Assembly (NCBI GenBank): GCA_963733095.1
Contig: CAVTBV010000006.1
Span: 64,001 to 128,000, forward strand
Direction: 5' to 3'
DNA: 64,000 nucleotides
From: Candidatus Bathyarchaeota archaeon
GTDB lineage: Archaea; Thermoproteota; Bathyarchaeia; Bathyarchaeales; Bathycorpusculaceae
Positions 1 to 10,810 of this stretch are shown in pieces. Both the position numbers and the translations under genes were made by a program. Numbering within the stretch: position 1 is the first letter of the stretch; every line of letters begins with the position of its first letter. Below the pieces are notes generated by a model. The model did no database searches and was not told the origin of the DNA. It saw only the letters and a program-made list of their open reading frames with translations.

Positions 1-270
1 GCAACCGGAGCCTACAGCCTACAATGGACACCTGATATCACCGGCAAATACACTGTCATAGCAACCTTCGCAGGCTCAAACTCATATTATGGATCATCAG
101 CAGAAACATCGTTTGCAGTAGACGCAGCAGCAGCAACCCCAGCGCCAACTCAAGAACAAACACAATCAATGACTGATACATACTTGTTACCTAGCGTGGC
201 AGCAATTATTGTTGCAATCGCAGTAGTCGGTATAGTGCTTGCATTGTTGATGCTAAAGAAGCGGTCATAA
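1..270 (+). CDS. 3' end of a surface/secreted protein with C-terminal TM anchor (partial, runs off window)
   Basis: Frame 1 is open from base 1: ...WTPDITGKYTVIATFAGSNSYYGSS...LLPSVAAIIVAIAVVGIVLALLMLKKRS*. Hydrophobic anchor plus basic tail. Confidence 0.8.
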   Translation, partial: ATGAYSLQWTPDITGKYTVIATFAGSNSYYGSSAETSFAVDAAAATPAPTQEQTQSMTDTYLLPSVAAIIVAIAVVGIVLALLMLKKRS

Positions 271-322
271 AGACAAACAAAAATAGTTTCCTCTTTTCCC
301 CTTTTTTAGTTCGTCTAGAATA

Positions 323-637
323 TTGGAAAAAAAACATAGGTTGAGAGAAACATTGGAAAAACTGAAAACGACATTGCCGTTTAAAGTAGATAATCAAGTG
401 CCTTCTGCTTTGGAGGTTCATGGTTCTAAACGAATTAAGCCTAGAGCTCTCGTGTTCAAAGCGCATGATGATGATCTTCATAAAATTAAAGAATTGATAG
501 AAACGCAGTTTCCCGATGTTGAGCTCCTCTACGTTACGACTGGTCCTGCTAAGGGTTTTCTTCACGTTACTAAATCGATGCCTTTTGAATTGCAAGATTC
601 TTCTGGGAATCCATTTTATAGTGTTGAGGGGTTGTAG
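323..637 (+). CDS. hypothetical protein
   Basis: 104-aa ORF with protein-like composition; no motif recognised. Confidence 0.55.
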   Translation: MEKKHRLRETLEKLKTTLPFKVDNQVPSALEVHGSKRIKPRALVFKAHDDDLHKIKELIETQFPDVELLYVTTGPAKGFLHVTKSMPFELQDSSGNPFYSVEGL

Positions 638-781
638 ATTTCTTTCAGTTTCTTGCCTGAACAAAAACCGTTTTTGCTTCTCTTTTTAGTTAGGAAAATG
701 CGTTGTTGAAGAGTTGGGGTTGGGTAGGCTCGGGTTAATTTAACGAAGTCAATCAGAAAAGAGTTTAGCATTTCTGATAAA

Positions 782-1237
782 ATGCCGCCTGAAACCATAA
801 CTGACGACTCCCCACTAATCCGAGATGAAACCCGCAGAAAACCCAAAGGTATCAGCACAAAACAACTAAGAAAAACCGTCCACGACCTTTGCGTCAAGGC
901 AGGCTTCATTAAACCTAACAAAACTGTAACCATGTATAATCTCAGAGTCCACAGTATTCGCAAATACTTTAAAACTCAAATGCTTGCTTTAGGTGTACAA
1001 CCCGATTACGTTGACTACTTTATGGGACACACTGTTGATACTTATCACGATATTCAAAGCTTAGGCATCGACAGAATGCGATCCATTTATGCCGCTGCCG
1101 GATTCGCAATAGGAAAGAAAACCCAAATCAGCAAACTTGTGGGCAACATATCAGCAGTTGGAGAAATTGAGAATCATCAGTTATCGGTTCTCACGGTGCA
1201 ACTTAGGGATATACTTCGCAAAGCCGCGGAGACGTAA
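782..1237 (+). pseudogene. truncated tyrosine recombinase/integrase (C-terminal catalytic part only)
   Basis: HSIRKYFKT (HxxR) and FMGHTVDTY (H...Y) motifs. The N-terminal half is missing. Ends 16 bp from the tRNA-Leu 3' end. Confidence 0.8.
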
Positions 1238-1253
1238 AAATGCTTATCTGGAA

Positions 1254-1377
1254 TGGTGCTACGGGCAGGATTTGAACCTGCGAACCCCTGAGGGAAAGGA
1301 TTTCCCATCATAGGGCCTTGCTGGCCAAATGTTTGATCTTGAGTCCTTCACCTTTGACCTAGCTTGGTTACCGTAGC
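1254..1377 (-). tRNA. tRNA-Leu(CAA) with 36-nt intron (1302-1337) and encoded CCA
   Basis: Reverse complement reads GCTACGG...AAGGA-CTCAAG|intron|ATCCTT, a long variable arm, GGTTCAAATCC and CCGTAGC-ACCA. Spliced length 88 nt. Confidence 0.93.
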
Positions 1378-1474
1378 ACACGTTTCGGATAGAAAACTGT
1401 CTGCTTCTATCTTATTAATCATTTCCCGTCTACCGCAAAAGTAAAACACTCATCCAACGATACATTACGCAAGC

Positions 1475-2383
1475 ATGCAAACCCACCACAAGGTAATCCT
1501 TGGAAATAGCCAACAAATGACTGAAATCTCCAGCGGTAGCGTCGAGTTGATGGTGACTTCGCCACCATACCCCATGATTGCGATGTGGGATGAGCTTTTC
1601 TTTAAGGCTGACCCAAATATTGCAAGTTTGTTTCAAAAACTTGATGCAGATAGTGGCGACGGAATTGCGAGACAAATCTACACTGCAATGCATAACTATT
1701 TAGCTAAAGTTTGGGCTGAAACCTACCGTGTCCTCCTCGACGGCGGTATAGCATGCATAAACATCGGTGACGCAACCCGAACAGTAAACGGCAGATTCCA
1801 ACTCTTCCCAAACCACAGCCGAATCATCGAAGTCTGCGAAAAAATTGGCTTCACAACGCTACCCTATGTTCTATGGAAGAAACCCACCAACAAACCTTCT
1901 TACAAGGGCAAGGGTGCTTTTTTGGGTTCAGGTTTCCTTCCCCCGAACGCTTATGTTACGCTGGATTGTGAGTTTATTCTGGTTTTTAGAAAAGGGAAGC
2001 TGCGAAAATTTGAACCCAAAGATGTGTTGAGGTATGAGAGTGCTTTCACTAAGGAGCAAAGGGATGAATGGTTTAGCCAAATCTGGTCAGTAAAAGGAAC
2101 GCGGCAAACTGCCAGCGAACTGGAACGCAGAACCGCCGCTTACCCTCAAGAAATCGCTGAGCGCCTAATCCGAATGTTCAGTGTCAAAGGCGAAACCGTA
2201 CTCGACCCGTTTTTGGGCTCAGGAACAACCACAAAAATCGCCATGCAAAATGAACGCAACAGCATCGGATACGAAACAGACCCAAATTTGTTACCTTTAA
2301 TAAACAAAAAAACAGACAACAGTACGGTACAAGGGGCATGGCTAGAAATAATCAAACGCCTAGAAAACTTTGAAAAATTTTAA
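1475..2383 (+). CDS. N4-cytosine/N6-adenine DNA methyltransferase (beta class)
   Basis: TSPPY catalytic motif precedes the VLDPFLGSGTT SAM-binding motif. Confidence 0.9.
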   Translation: MQTHHKVILGNSQQMTEISSGSVELMVTSPPYPMIAMWDELFFKADPNIASLFQKLDADSGDGIARQIYTAMHNYLAKVWAETYRVLLDGGIACINIGDATRTVNGRFQLFPNHSRIIEVCEKIGFTTLPYVLWKKPTNKPSYKGKGAFLGSGFLPPNAYVTLDCEFILVFRKGKLRKFEPKDVLRYESAFTKEQRDEWFSQIWSVKGTRQTASELERRTAAYPQEIAERLIRMFSVKGETVLDPFLGSGTTTKIAMQNERNSIGYETDPNLLPLINKKTDNSTVQGAWLEIIKRLENFEKF

Positions 2384-2427
2384 TATATGCTTTAACTATT
2401 TTCAGACGAAAAAAGGTATAAGCTTAA

Positions 2428-2745
2428 TTGGTTAAAAAAGACTCAGACAACAGAAAACCCCTGGGATTTGGTAACACTTCAAGGAGATTTGCTCATTCAA
2501 ACAGGCACCAGAAGGGTGAGATTGCTCGTGATCGTTTTGCATTTGATCAGGCTATGCAGGGGCATGATTGCCAAAAAATTCGGCGCGACGGCGATTTCGT
2601 GGTTCAGAAGCGTGATTTTTTTGGGAACAAAATTGGTGAGCCCACGACTTTTGAGGTTAAGATGGGGGATTCGAAGTTGACGGAGGCGCAGTTAGAGAGG
2701 CAGCGTCGGTTGGGGCGGAATCGTTACAGGGTTGTTCGGTACTAG
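2428..2745 (+). CDS. small PD-(D/E)XK nuclease-like protein
   Basis: Pattern KGE...GDFVV...FEVKMGDSKLTEAQ (E...D...ExK...Q). Confidence 0.55.
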   Translation: MVKKDSDNRKPLGFGNTSRRFAHSNRHQKGEIARDRFAFDQAMQGHDCQKIRRDGDFVVQKRDFFGNKIGEPTTFEVKMGDSKLTEAQLERQRRLGRNRYRVVRY

Positions 2746-3247
2746 TTTTCTGGTTTGCTTTTGGCAAGTTCCACAATCAACCTGAGCGTGTACTGGGCTT
2801 AGAACATTAAAATCAGCGAGGTACGTTCTTTGTCAGAGGTAGTTGTGCCTAAGAAGCTTCTTCACTACAACTACCTCTAAAAACTACAATCTGTAAAAAA
2901 CTGCTGATTTCGCTTCGACGGGAACAAAGAATCTGAATCTTCTGTTTTTGCAGGTTTCTGAGGTTTCTTCTGCCGCAATTCAGCTTTGGCTTCACACAGC
3001 TCCGAGCCGAAAAGTTTTTTTCAATCAGATGCACTATGAATGTTTATTAGCGATTCAGTTTAGACTCATAATGAATAAAAATGTTTATATGCAAGGTATG
3101 CGGCTTGTGTTTGTGCTCTTAGAAAAGTTAGTTGACCCTTTTTCGAGTTGGACCTATCCAGCATCGGAGGAAATGAAAAATTGAAAACACGCTTAACAAA
3201 AATTCACAGGCAGCATTACATGTTAAATTTATGGGAGATTTGAAAAC

Positions 3248-6200
3248 TTGACTAATGTACAAAAAGAAGATATCCATTATCTTTTGAAAACTTTCTTCAA
3301 CGAGAAAGGATTAGTTCGCCAGCACCTTGACAGCTACAACGAATTTATCGACCATGGACTCCAAGAAGTCGTAGATGAAGTAGCTGAAATTCCCATTGAA
3401 GTTCCCGAAAGCCCCTACAAGGTGAAACTTGGTCAAATCTGGGTAATTGACCCGCAATCACGCATTACAGGTCCATACGCAACTGAGGTGGATGGAACAA
3501 AACATGAAATTTACCCCATGGAAGCAAGACTACGCAACTTGGCGTATTCTGCTCCAATTGCTTTAGAAATGACTCCCGTCGTAGATGGAAGAGAACAGGA
3601 CACTGAACTTGTTTATATAGGAAATATCCCGGTTATGCTGAAAAGCAAACTTTGCTTCCTCAGCCAACTCAGCAAAGAAGAACTCATCGCGGCAGGAGAA
3701 GATCCTGATGATGCAGGCGGATACTTTGTTGTTAACGGCAGTGAACGCGTCATCGTAGCCATGGAAGACTTGGCTCCAAACCGCGTAATAGTCGACATAG
3801 ATGAAAAAGGCACCTCACCGGTTTATCAAGCAAAAATTTTCTCAACAACCGTCGGCTTCAGAGCTAGAATCGAACTTAAACTCAAATCAGACGACGCAAT
3901 CTACGTCACCATGCCGGGAGTTCCCACAGAAATCCCCTTCGTCGTCATCATGCGCGCTTTAACCATGGAAAAAGACAAAGATATCGCCGAAGCGGTTTCA
4001 CTGGACCCGGACACCCAAACTCAACTATCCGCATCATTCGAAAAAGCCATCGGCGTAGACACACCATCTGACGCCATCCTCTTTATCGGCAACCGCGTTG
4101 CCCATGGACAAGTCGAAGAATACAGGCTTCAAAAAGCAGAAACCGCCCTAGACAAAAACTTCCTCCCACACCTTGGCAGAAGCGACAAAAACCGCAAGGA
4201 AAAAGCCATATTCCTAGGTGAAATGGCATACCGCGTTATCCAACTAAAAACAGGAAGACGCCAACCAGACGATAAAGACCACTTCAAGAACAAACGACTA
4301 AGACTTGGTGGTCCATTGCTAGCTGATTTATTCCGCGTTTCATTCCGCAACTTAACACGGGACATTAAATACCAGCTTGAACGCATCGGCGTTAAAGGCC
4401 CAATCATAACCGTCTCCGCAGCTGTGCGACCGGGAATTATCACTGAACGTTTCCAGCATGCACTGGCCACAGGTAACTGGGGAAGAGGCCGAGTCGGTAT
4501 CACACAACTTTTGGACCGAACAAACTATATATCAACTTTAAGCCACCTGCGCAGGCTCCAATCACCCCTCAGTAGAAGCCAACCAAACTTCGAAGCCAGA
4601 GACTTACACCCAACCCACTGGGGACGCTTATGCCCCAACGAAACTCCTGAAGGCTCAAACTGTGGTCTTGTCAAAAACCTCGCACTATCAGCCTCAATCG
4701 CTGTAGGAGTAAACCCGGACAAAATTAAGCAGCTTCTCTTTGAAATGGGCACGGTGCCAGCATACGAATCCTCCACCGACTTGCGCATTTCAGGCGCCAA
4801 AGTCTTCGTTGACGGCAACATAATAGGCTACTGCAACAACCCGCAAGAGATGGTGCAGTCTTTCCGCCAGAAACGCAGATCAGGAGAAATATCAACCGAA
4901 GTTAACGTAACTTACTTCTCTAAAGCCCAAACTGAGACCGAAGAAGTCCACGCAAACTGCGACGAAGGCAGAGTCAGACGCCCACTCATCATAGTTGAAA
5001 ACGGGGTTGCAAAACTCGGCTCCAAACATTTTGAGAAAATCGGACTTGGCGAATGGACTTGGGAAGACCTTGTTAAGAACGGTTTAGTTGAGTATTTGGA
5101 TGCTGAAGAAGAAGAAAACGCTTACATCGCACTCTGCTACGACGCCATTGAACCTAAATCTACACATGTAGAGATTGCAACATTCACAATTCTTGGAATT
5201 TGCGCCTCAACCATTCCCTATCCAGAACACAACCAGTCACCACGCAACTCATACCAAGCCGCAATGGCTAAACAGGCACTGGGAGTCTACGGAACAAACT
5301 TCCACCACCGTGTCGACTCACGCTCACACATCCTACACTACCCACAAGTCCCAATGGTTCAAACCGAAAACATGGATGTCATGGGTTACAAACAACGTCC
5401 CACAGGACAAAACTGTGTCGTTGCCGTGCTCAGCTTCGAAGGCTACAACATGGAAGACGCCATCATCTTCAACAAAGCATCCATCGAACGAGGCTTAGCC
5501 AGATCAACTTTCTACCGAATCTACGAAGCAGAATGCCGCCAGTACCTCGGAGGCTTAAAAGACAAATTCACTGTTCCAGAACCAGGTACAAGAGGCTACC
5601 GTGGTGAACAATACTATCGTTTACTTGAACCCGACGGCATAATCGGCTTAGAATCCCAAGTTGTCGGTGGCGACGTCTTAATCGGCAGAATCAGCCCTCC
5701 AAGATTCCTTGAAGAATACAAAGAATTCGAAGTTAAAGGCCCCTCAATGCGTGACACATCAGTAGACATGCGCCCCTCCGAAACAGGCATCGTTGACGGA
5801 ATATTCGTAACGATGTCGGGCGAAGGAAGCCAACTTGTCAAAGTCCGCGTCAGAGACCAAAGAGTCCCAGAACTCGGCGACAAATTCGCTTCACGCCACG
5901 GACAGAAAGGAGTCATCGGATTAATCGTTCCCCAAGAAGACCTACCCTTTACAGAAGACGGCATAGTCCCAGACCTAATAATCAACCCACACGCAATCCC
6001 CTCAAGAATGACCATCGGACAATTCATCGAATCACTCTCAGGGAAAGCCGCATGCGCAAGAGGCAAACCAGGCGATGGCACACCGTTCTCAAACGAAGGC
6101 CCCGACGAAGTACGCAAAAACCTAGTCAAACTCGGTTTCAGCCAAACCGGCAGCGAAGTCTTCTACAACGGCGCAACAGGCGAAAAATTCGTTGCAGACG

Positions 6201-6613
6201 TATTCGTTGGAATCGTCTACTACCAAAAACTCCACCACATGGTTGCTGATAAAATCCATGCCAGAGCCCGCGGTCAAGTACAAATGCTCACACGCCAGCC
6301 AACTGAAGGACGCGCTCGGGGTGGAGGTCTACGTTTCGGAGAAATGGAACGCGACTGCCTCATCGGACACGGAGCCGCCATGCTATTACGAGACAGACTA
6401 CTGGAAGAATCTGACAAATACACTCTCTATATCTGCGAAAACTGCGGACAAATCGCTTACTTCGACATGAAGCAAAGGCGTTATGTCTGCAAGATATGCG
6501 ACGAGAAAGCAAAGATTGCACCAGTCATCGTATCTTACGCTTTCAAGCTTCTGCTGCAAGAACTGCAGAGCTTATGCATCACACCAAAATTAAGGCTAAA
6601 GGAGAAGGCATAA
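3248..6613 (+). CDS. rpoB: DNA-directed RNA polymerase subunit Rpo2 (B, unsplit)
   Basis: GDKFASRHGQKG, GGLRFGEMERD and a C-terminal Zn finger. Confidence 0.99.
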   Translation: MTNVQKEDIHYLLKTFFNEKGLVRQHLDSYNEFIDHGLQEVVDEVAEIPIEVPESPYKVKLGQIWVIDPQSRITGPYATEVDGTKHEIYPMEARLRNLAYSAPIALEMTPVVDGREQDTELVYIGNIPVMLKSKLCFLSQLSKEELIAAGEDPDDAGGYFVVNGSERVIVAMEDLAPNRVIVDIDEKGTSPVYQAKIFSTTVGFRARIELKLKSDDAIYVTMPGVPTEIPFVVIMRALTMEKDKDIAEAVSLDPDTQTQLSASFEKAIGVDTPSDAILFIGNRVAHGQVEEYRLQKAETALDKNFLPHLGRSDKNRKEKAIFLGEMAYRVIQLKTGRRQPDDKDHFKNKRLRLGGPLLADLFRVSFRNLTRDIKYQLERIGVKGPIITVSAAVRPGIITERFQHALATGNWGRGRVGITQLLDRTNYISTLSHLRRLQSPLSRSQPNFEARDLHPTHWGRLCPNETPEGSNCGLVKNLALSASIAVGVNPDKIKQLLFEMGTVPAYESSTDLRISGAKVFVDGNIIGYCNNPQEMVQSFRQKRRSGEISTEVNVTYFSKAQTETEEVHANCDEGRVRRPLIIVENGVAKLGSKHFEKIGLGEWTWEDLVKNGLVEYLDAEEEENAYIALCYDAIEPKSTHVEIATFTILGICASTIPYPEHNQSPRNSYQAAMAKQALGVYGTNFHHRVDSRSHILHYPQVPMVQTENMDVMGYKQRPTGQNCVVAVLSFEGYNMEDAIIFNKASIERGLARSTFYRIYEAECRQYLGGLKDKFTVPEPGTRGYRGEQYYRLLEPDGIIGLESQVVGGDVLIGRISPPRFLEEYKEFEVKGPSMRDTSVDMRPSETGIVDGIFVTMSGEGSQLVKVRVRDQRVPELGDKFASRHGQKGVIGLIVPQEDLPFTEDGIVPDLIINPHAIPSRMTIGQFIESLSGKAACARGKPGDGTPFSNEGPDEVRKNLVKLGFSQTGSEVFYNGATGEKFVADVFVGIVYYQKLHHMVADKIHARARGQVQMLTRQPTEGRARGGGLRFGEMERDCLIGHGAAMLLRDRLLEESDKYTLYICENCGQIAYFDMKQRRYVCKICDEKAKIAPVIVSYAFKLLLQELQSLCITPKLRLKEKA

Positions 6614-6614
6614 C

Positions 6615-9600
6615 ATGTCACAGGAAGAATTAATACATAAAATAGTAGACGAAATCTCATTCGGTTTAATCTCACCTAAAGACCTCCGTAAACAATCAGT
6701 CGTAGAAATCCAAACACCAGACACCTATGACGAAGACGGTGCACCAATCACAGCAGGGTTAATGGATGGCAGACTAGGCACTCTTGAACCAAGGCAAAGA
6801 TGCAAAACTTGCGGCAACACAGCAATCCGCTGCCCAGGACACTTCGGACACATCGAACTTGCGGTACCAATCGTACACATAGAATTTACAAAGATTATTT
6901 TTGACCTCTTAAAAGCAACATGCCGCACATGCGGTCGCATTCTCCTCTCAGAAGACGCATCCAAAAAGGCACGCCAAAGACTCGAACGCTTCAACGACCT
7001 TTTGGGAACAATCCCCGATGAAATCTACAAAGAAGTCCTAACTGAGATCAAAGCAAAACAATGCCCCTACTGTGCAGCAGCCCAATTCAAAATTACCTTT
7101 GAAAAACCAACAAAGTTTATTGAGCAAACTGAAGCAGGCTCAGAACCTCTAACTCCCAGCATGATACGGGAAAGGCTGGAACGCATCTCAGATGAAGACC
7201 TTGAAATTTTAGGTTTTAACCCCAAAGTTGCACGTCCAGAATGGATGGTTCTTCAGGTTCTCCCGGTTCCACCAGTCTATGTGCGTCCATCAATCACTCT
7301 TGAATCAGGTATCCGCTCAGAAGACGACTTAACCCATAAACTCGTCGACATCATACGTATCAACCAGCGTTTGAAAGAAAACATGGAAGCAGGTGCACCA
7401 ACCCTAATTATCCAGGACCTATCCGAACTTCTACAATACCACGTTACCACGTACTTCAACAACGAGGCATCAGGTATTCCTCCAGCACGTCACCGTAGTG
7501 GTAGAGCCCTAAAGACCCTCTCTCAACGCTTGAAAGGTAAAGAAGGACGTTTCAGAAGCAACCTCTCAGGAAAACGTGTCGACTTCTCAGCTCGTACCGT
7601 CATATCGCCCGATCCTAACCTTGACATAAACGAAGTCGGTGTTCCACAAGATGTAGCCATGCGACTTTCAGTTCCAGAGAAGGTTACCGCTTGGAACATC
7701 GAAGAAATGAAGAAATTCGTAGTTAATGGTCCAGAAAACTATCCAGGTGCACTCTACATAATCCGCCCAGACGGCAAACGTATCCGGCTTGAATTCGTTG
7801 TTGACCGCACAAAAATCGCAGAAGCAGTAGAATTAGGCTTCATAGTCGAACGTCACCTCAAGAACGGTGACATAGCCATCTTTAATCGACAGCCTTCACT
7901 TCACCGCATGTCCATCATGGCCCACTACGTTCGTGTTTTACCCTACAAGACTTTCCGTATGCATTTATGTGTCTGTCCACCTTACAACGCAGACTTTGAC
8001 GGCGACGAAATGAACCTCCACGTTCCACAAAGTGAAGAAGCCCGAACTGAAAGCTTGCTGCTCATGCAGGTTCAAGACCAAATTCTCTCGCCAAGGTTCG
8101 GCGGACCAATCATCGGTGCCATCAGAGATTTTATCACAAGCGCCTACTACTTCACCAGAAAAGGAAACTACCTGACTCGAAGTCAAGTAAACAGACTACT
8201 AACTTCCACCGGCTATGTAGGCGAAGTACCCACACCCGAAATCAAGGACCCTCAACCCATGTGGTCAGGAAAACAAATCTTCAGCCTATACCTGCCAAAA
8301 ACACTAAACTACGTCTTGAAAGCCAACATTTGCCAAGGCTGCACGAAATGTGAAGAAGAGGCATGCAAACATGATGCATATGTAGTTGTCCGAAACGGCC
8401 AACTCGTCTCCGGCATTATTGATAGACGTTCAATCGGTTCTGAACAATCCGAAAGTCTGCTTCACAGAATCATCAAAGACTACGGTACACAAGCAGGAAG
8501 AGAATTCCTAAACAAAGTAACACATTTACTCAAACAATTCATCTCTATGCGTGGCTTCAGCTACACCTATGACCAACTGGTCCTCTCACCAAAAGCCCGC
8601 AACCGAATGACAAAGACCATGGACCGTATCCAAAAGAAAATCGACGAACACATCGAAAACTTCCGAAACGGAACCCTCCCACGCTTGCCAGGACAAACCC
8701 TTGAAGAATCCTTCGAAATCTACGTCATGCACGAATTAGCCGTAGCCCGAGATGAATCAGGCAAAATAGCAGACGACGACTTCACATTGGAAAACGCAGG
8801 CATCGTCATGACAAGAGCAGGAGCAAGAGGCTCAAGCTTAAACATCGGTCAAATGGCCGCTTGCGTTGGGCAACAATCAGTTCGAGGCAAACGTATCTTA
8901 AGAGGTTACGCAGGTCGAGCATTGCCACACTTCGTCGACGGTGACCCAAGCCCAAGAGCCAGAGGCTTCGTATACAACTCCTATCAGACTGGACTCGATG
9001 CGATTGAGTTCTTCTTCCACGCTATGGGTGGCAGAGAAGGTCTAGTTGACACAGCCGTTCGCACACAACAAAGCGGTTACATGCAGAGACGATTAATCAA
9101 CGCACTTGAGCACATTCGTTTAGAGTACGACAGCACTGTCCGTGACTCAGCAGGCGATATTATCCAATTCCGCTATGGAGAAGACGGCGTTGACCCAGCA
9201 AAAAGTGATCATGGTAAAGCAGTCAACGTTAACCGACTGATCGAACAGATAAAGCTTGGTGAAGAAAAAGGCGAAGTAGCATCCACGGAACACATTAAAA
9301 AACAACTAAAGAACGTAGAAAACCAGTTAACCCCCATCTTGCTAAACCAGCTTAAGCAAAACTTTGCAAAGAACAAGCTTACAGCAAAAGCAGTAACGAA
9401 AGCTGCAACTCAGACAGCTGAACAGTACAAACGAGCCTTGATGGAGCCGGGCGAAGCAGTCGGTATTGTTGCAGCCCAATCAATCGGTGAACCAGGCACT
9501 CAGATGACCCTTAGAACCTTCCACTACGCTGGTGTCAAAGAACAAAACGTCACCTTAGGCTTACCACGTCTAATCGAAATCGTAGACGCACGCAGAATCC

Positions 9601-10448
9601 CTTCAACCCCAATCATGACCATCTACCTGCAAGGCGACCACGCAAAGAGCAAAGAAGGCGCCGTTGAAGTTGCACGAAACATCATCTACACTTCAGTTGA
9701 AAACTTGGCTTCAGCAATCTACGAAGACCCCGTTCGCGAAGCAATAATCATTGAATTAAACAAGCAGATGATGGATGACCGAGCTATAACGATGGATGAG
9801 CTAAAAGAACGCATGGAACTGCAAAATGCAACCGTGACAGTCACAGACACAACCGTCGAGATTAAACCAAAGAAAGCTGAACAACTCAAACGCATGTTGG
9901 CTAAGGTTCCAGGATACCAGGTTAAAGGTGTTCCAGACATAAAACGTGTCCTAGTTACCGAAGAGAACGGTGAATGGGTAATACGCACTGACGGCTCAAA
10001 CCTGTCCAAAGTCCTCGAAGTCATAGGCGTAGATACATCACGAACAACCACCAACAACATCCACGAAATCGCTAAAACCCTCGGAGTAGAAGCTTCAAGA
10101 AACGCATTAGTCAACGAAGCCAAAGGTGTCTTAGAAGACCAAGGCTTAGACGTAGACGTACGCCACGTAATGCTCGTAGCAGACATGATGACTACCACAG
10201 GCGATGTACAGCAAATCGGCAGACACGGAATCAGCGGCAAAAAAGCCAGTGTCCTCGCGCGCGCCGCATTCGAAATCACGGTCCCCAACATTGTTGAGGC
10301 AGCCGTGAAGGGTGAAAGTGATCCTTTGGCTGGCGTAACAGAAAACGTTATAGTTGGGCAATCAATACCAATCGGCACAGGCTTAGTTGAACTGTACATG
10401 TCAACATTTGAAACGCAAGAAAAAGATGGAGGAAAAACAGAAGCATGA
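6615..10448 (+). CDS. rpo1: DNA-directed RNA polymerase subunit Rpo1 (A' and A'' in one ORF)
   Basis: NADFDGD catalytic motif and the A'' motif SIGEPGTQMTLRTFH lie in one 1277-aa ORF. Confidence 0.99.
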   Translation: MSQEELIHKIVDEISFGLISPKDLRKQSVVEIQTPDTYDEDGAPITAGLMDGRLGTLEPRQRCKTCGNTAIRCPGHFGHIELAVPIVHIEFTKIIFDLLKATCRTCGRILLSEDASKKARQRLERFNDLLGTIPDEIYKEVLTEIKAKQCPYCAAAQFKITFEKPTKFIEQTEAGSEPLTPSMIRERLERISDEDLEILGFNPKVARPEWMVLQVLPVPPVYVRPSITLESGIRSEDDLTHKLVDIIRINQRLKENMEAGAPTLIIQDLSELLQYHVTTYFNNEASGIPPARHRSGRALKTLSQRLKGKEGRFRSNLSGKRVDFSARTVISPDPNLDINEVGVPQDVAMRLSVPEKVTAWNIEEMKKFVVNGPENYPGALYIIRPDGKRIRLEFVVDRTKIAEAVELGFIVERHLKNGDIAIFNRQPSLHRMSIMAHYVRVLPYKTFRMHLCVCPPYNADFDGDEMNLHVPQSEEARTESLLLMQVQDQILSPRFGGPIIGAIRDFITSAYYFTRKGNYLTRSQVNRLLTSTGYVGEVPTPEIKDPQPMWSGKQIFSLYLPKTLNYVLKANICQGCTKCEEEACKHDAYVVVRNGQLVSGIIDRRSIGSEQSESLLHRIIKDYGTQAGREFLNKVTHLLKQFISMRGFSYTYDQLVLSPKARNRMTKTMDRIQKKIDEHIENFRNGTLPRLPGQTLEESFEIYVMHELAVARDESGKIADDDFTLENAGIVMTRAGARGSSLNIGQMAACVGQQSVRGKRILRGYAGRALPHFVDGDPSPRARGFVYNSYQTGLDAIEFFFHAMGGREGLVDTAVRTQQSGYMQRRLINALEHIRLEYDSTVRDSAGDIIQFRYGEDGVDPAKSDHGKAVNVNRLIEQIKLGEEKGEVASTEHIKKQLKNVENQLTPILLNQLKQNFAKNKLTAKAVTKAATQTAEQYKRALMEPGEAVGIVAAQSIGEPGTQMTLRTFHYAGVKEQNVTLGLPRLIEIVDARRIPSTPIMTIYLQGDHAKSKEGAVEVARNIIYTSVENLASAIYEDPVREAIIIELNKQMMDDRAITMDELKERMELQNATVTVTDTTVEIKPKKAEQLKRMLAKVPGYQVKGVPDIKRVLVTEENGEWVIRTDGSNLSKVLEVIGVDTSRTTTNNIHEIAKTLGVEASRNALVNEAKGVLEDQGLDVDVRHVMLVADMMTTTGDVQQIGRHGISGKKASVLARAAFEITVPNIVEAAVKGESDPLAGVTENVIVGQSIPIGTGLVELYMSTFETQEKDGGKTEA

Positions 10449-10762
10449 TAGACATAGATAAAGCATTAGCGTCTGCAGTGAAAACAGGAAAGGTATCCTT
10501 TGGAACCAACGTTGCATTGCAAAACGCCAAAACTGGCAAAGCTAAGATGATAGTTTTAGCCACAAACTGTCCAAAAGACATAAAAGAACAAATAGAATAC
10601 TATGGAGAAATCTCTAAAGTCCCCGTCATAACCTACAAAGGTGGATCAATGGATTTAGCGGAAGTCTGTAAGAAACTCTTCATTATATCTGCCTTAAGCA
10701 TCCGCGAAACAGGGGATTCAGATATTCTCAAAGTAACCGAGGAAACTCAGGTACAAGAATAA
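10445..10762 (+). CDS. rpl30e: 50S ribosomal protein L30e
   Basis: AVKTGKVSFG...LATNCP...G.SDIL; canonical position after rpo1. Confidence 0.97.
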   Translation: MIDIDKALASAVKTGKVSFGTNVALQNAKTGKAKMIVLATNCPKDIKEQIEYYGEISKVPVITYKGGSMDLAEVCKKLFIISALSIRETGDSDILKVTEETQVQE

Positions 10763-10810
10763 AAACGGAGGAAAAAAAGAACGAGTGGCATAAAAATTAC
10801 CTGCGACGAA

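Noticed and set aside
6615-10448. Fused Rpo1 as a novelty
   Set aside because: An unsplit A subunit is already known in several TACK lineages; useful only as a taxonomic hint.
3613-10581. Numerous antisense and alternate-frame ORFs over rpo genes (likewise over hdrA, the CBS gene, lig and the integrase)
   Set aside because: Shadow ORFs of well-supported genes, with no motifs of their own.
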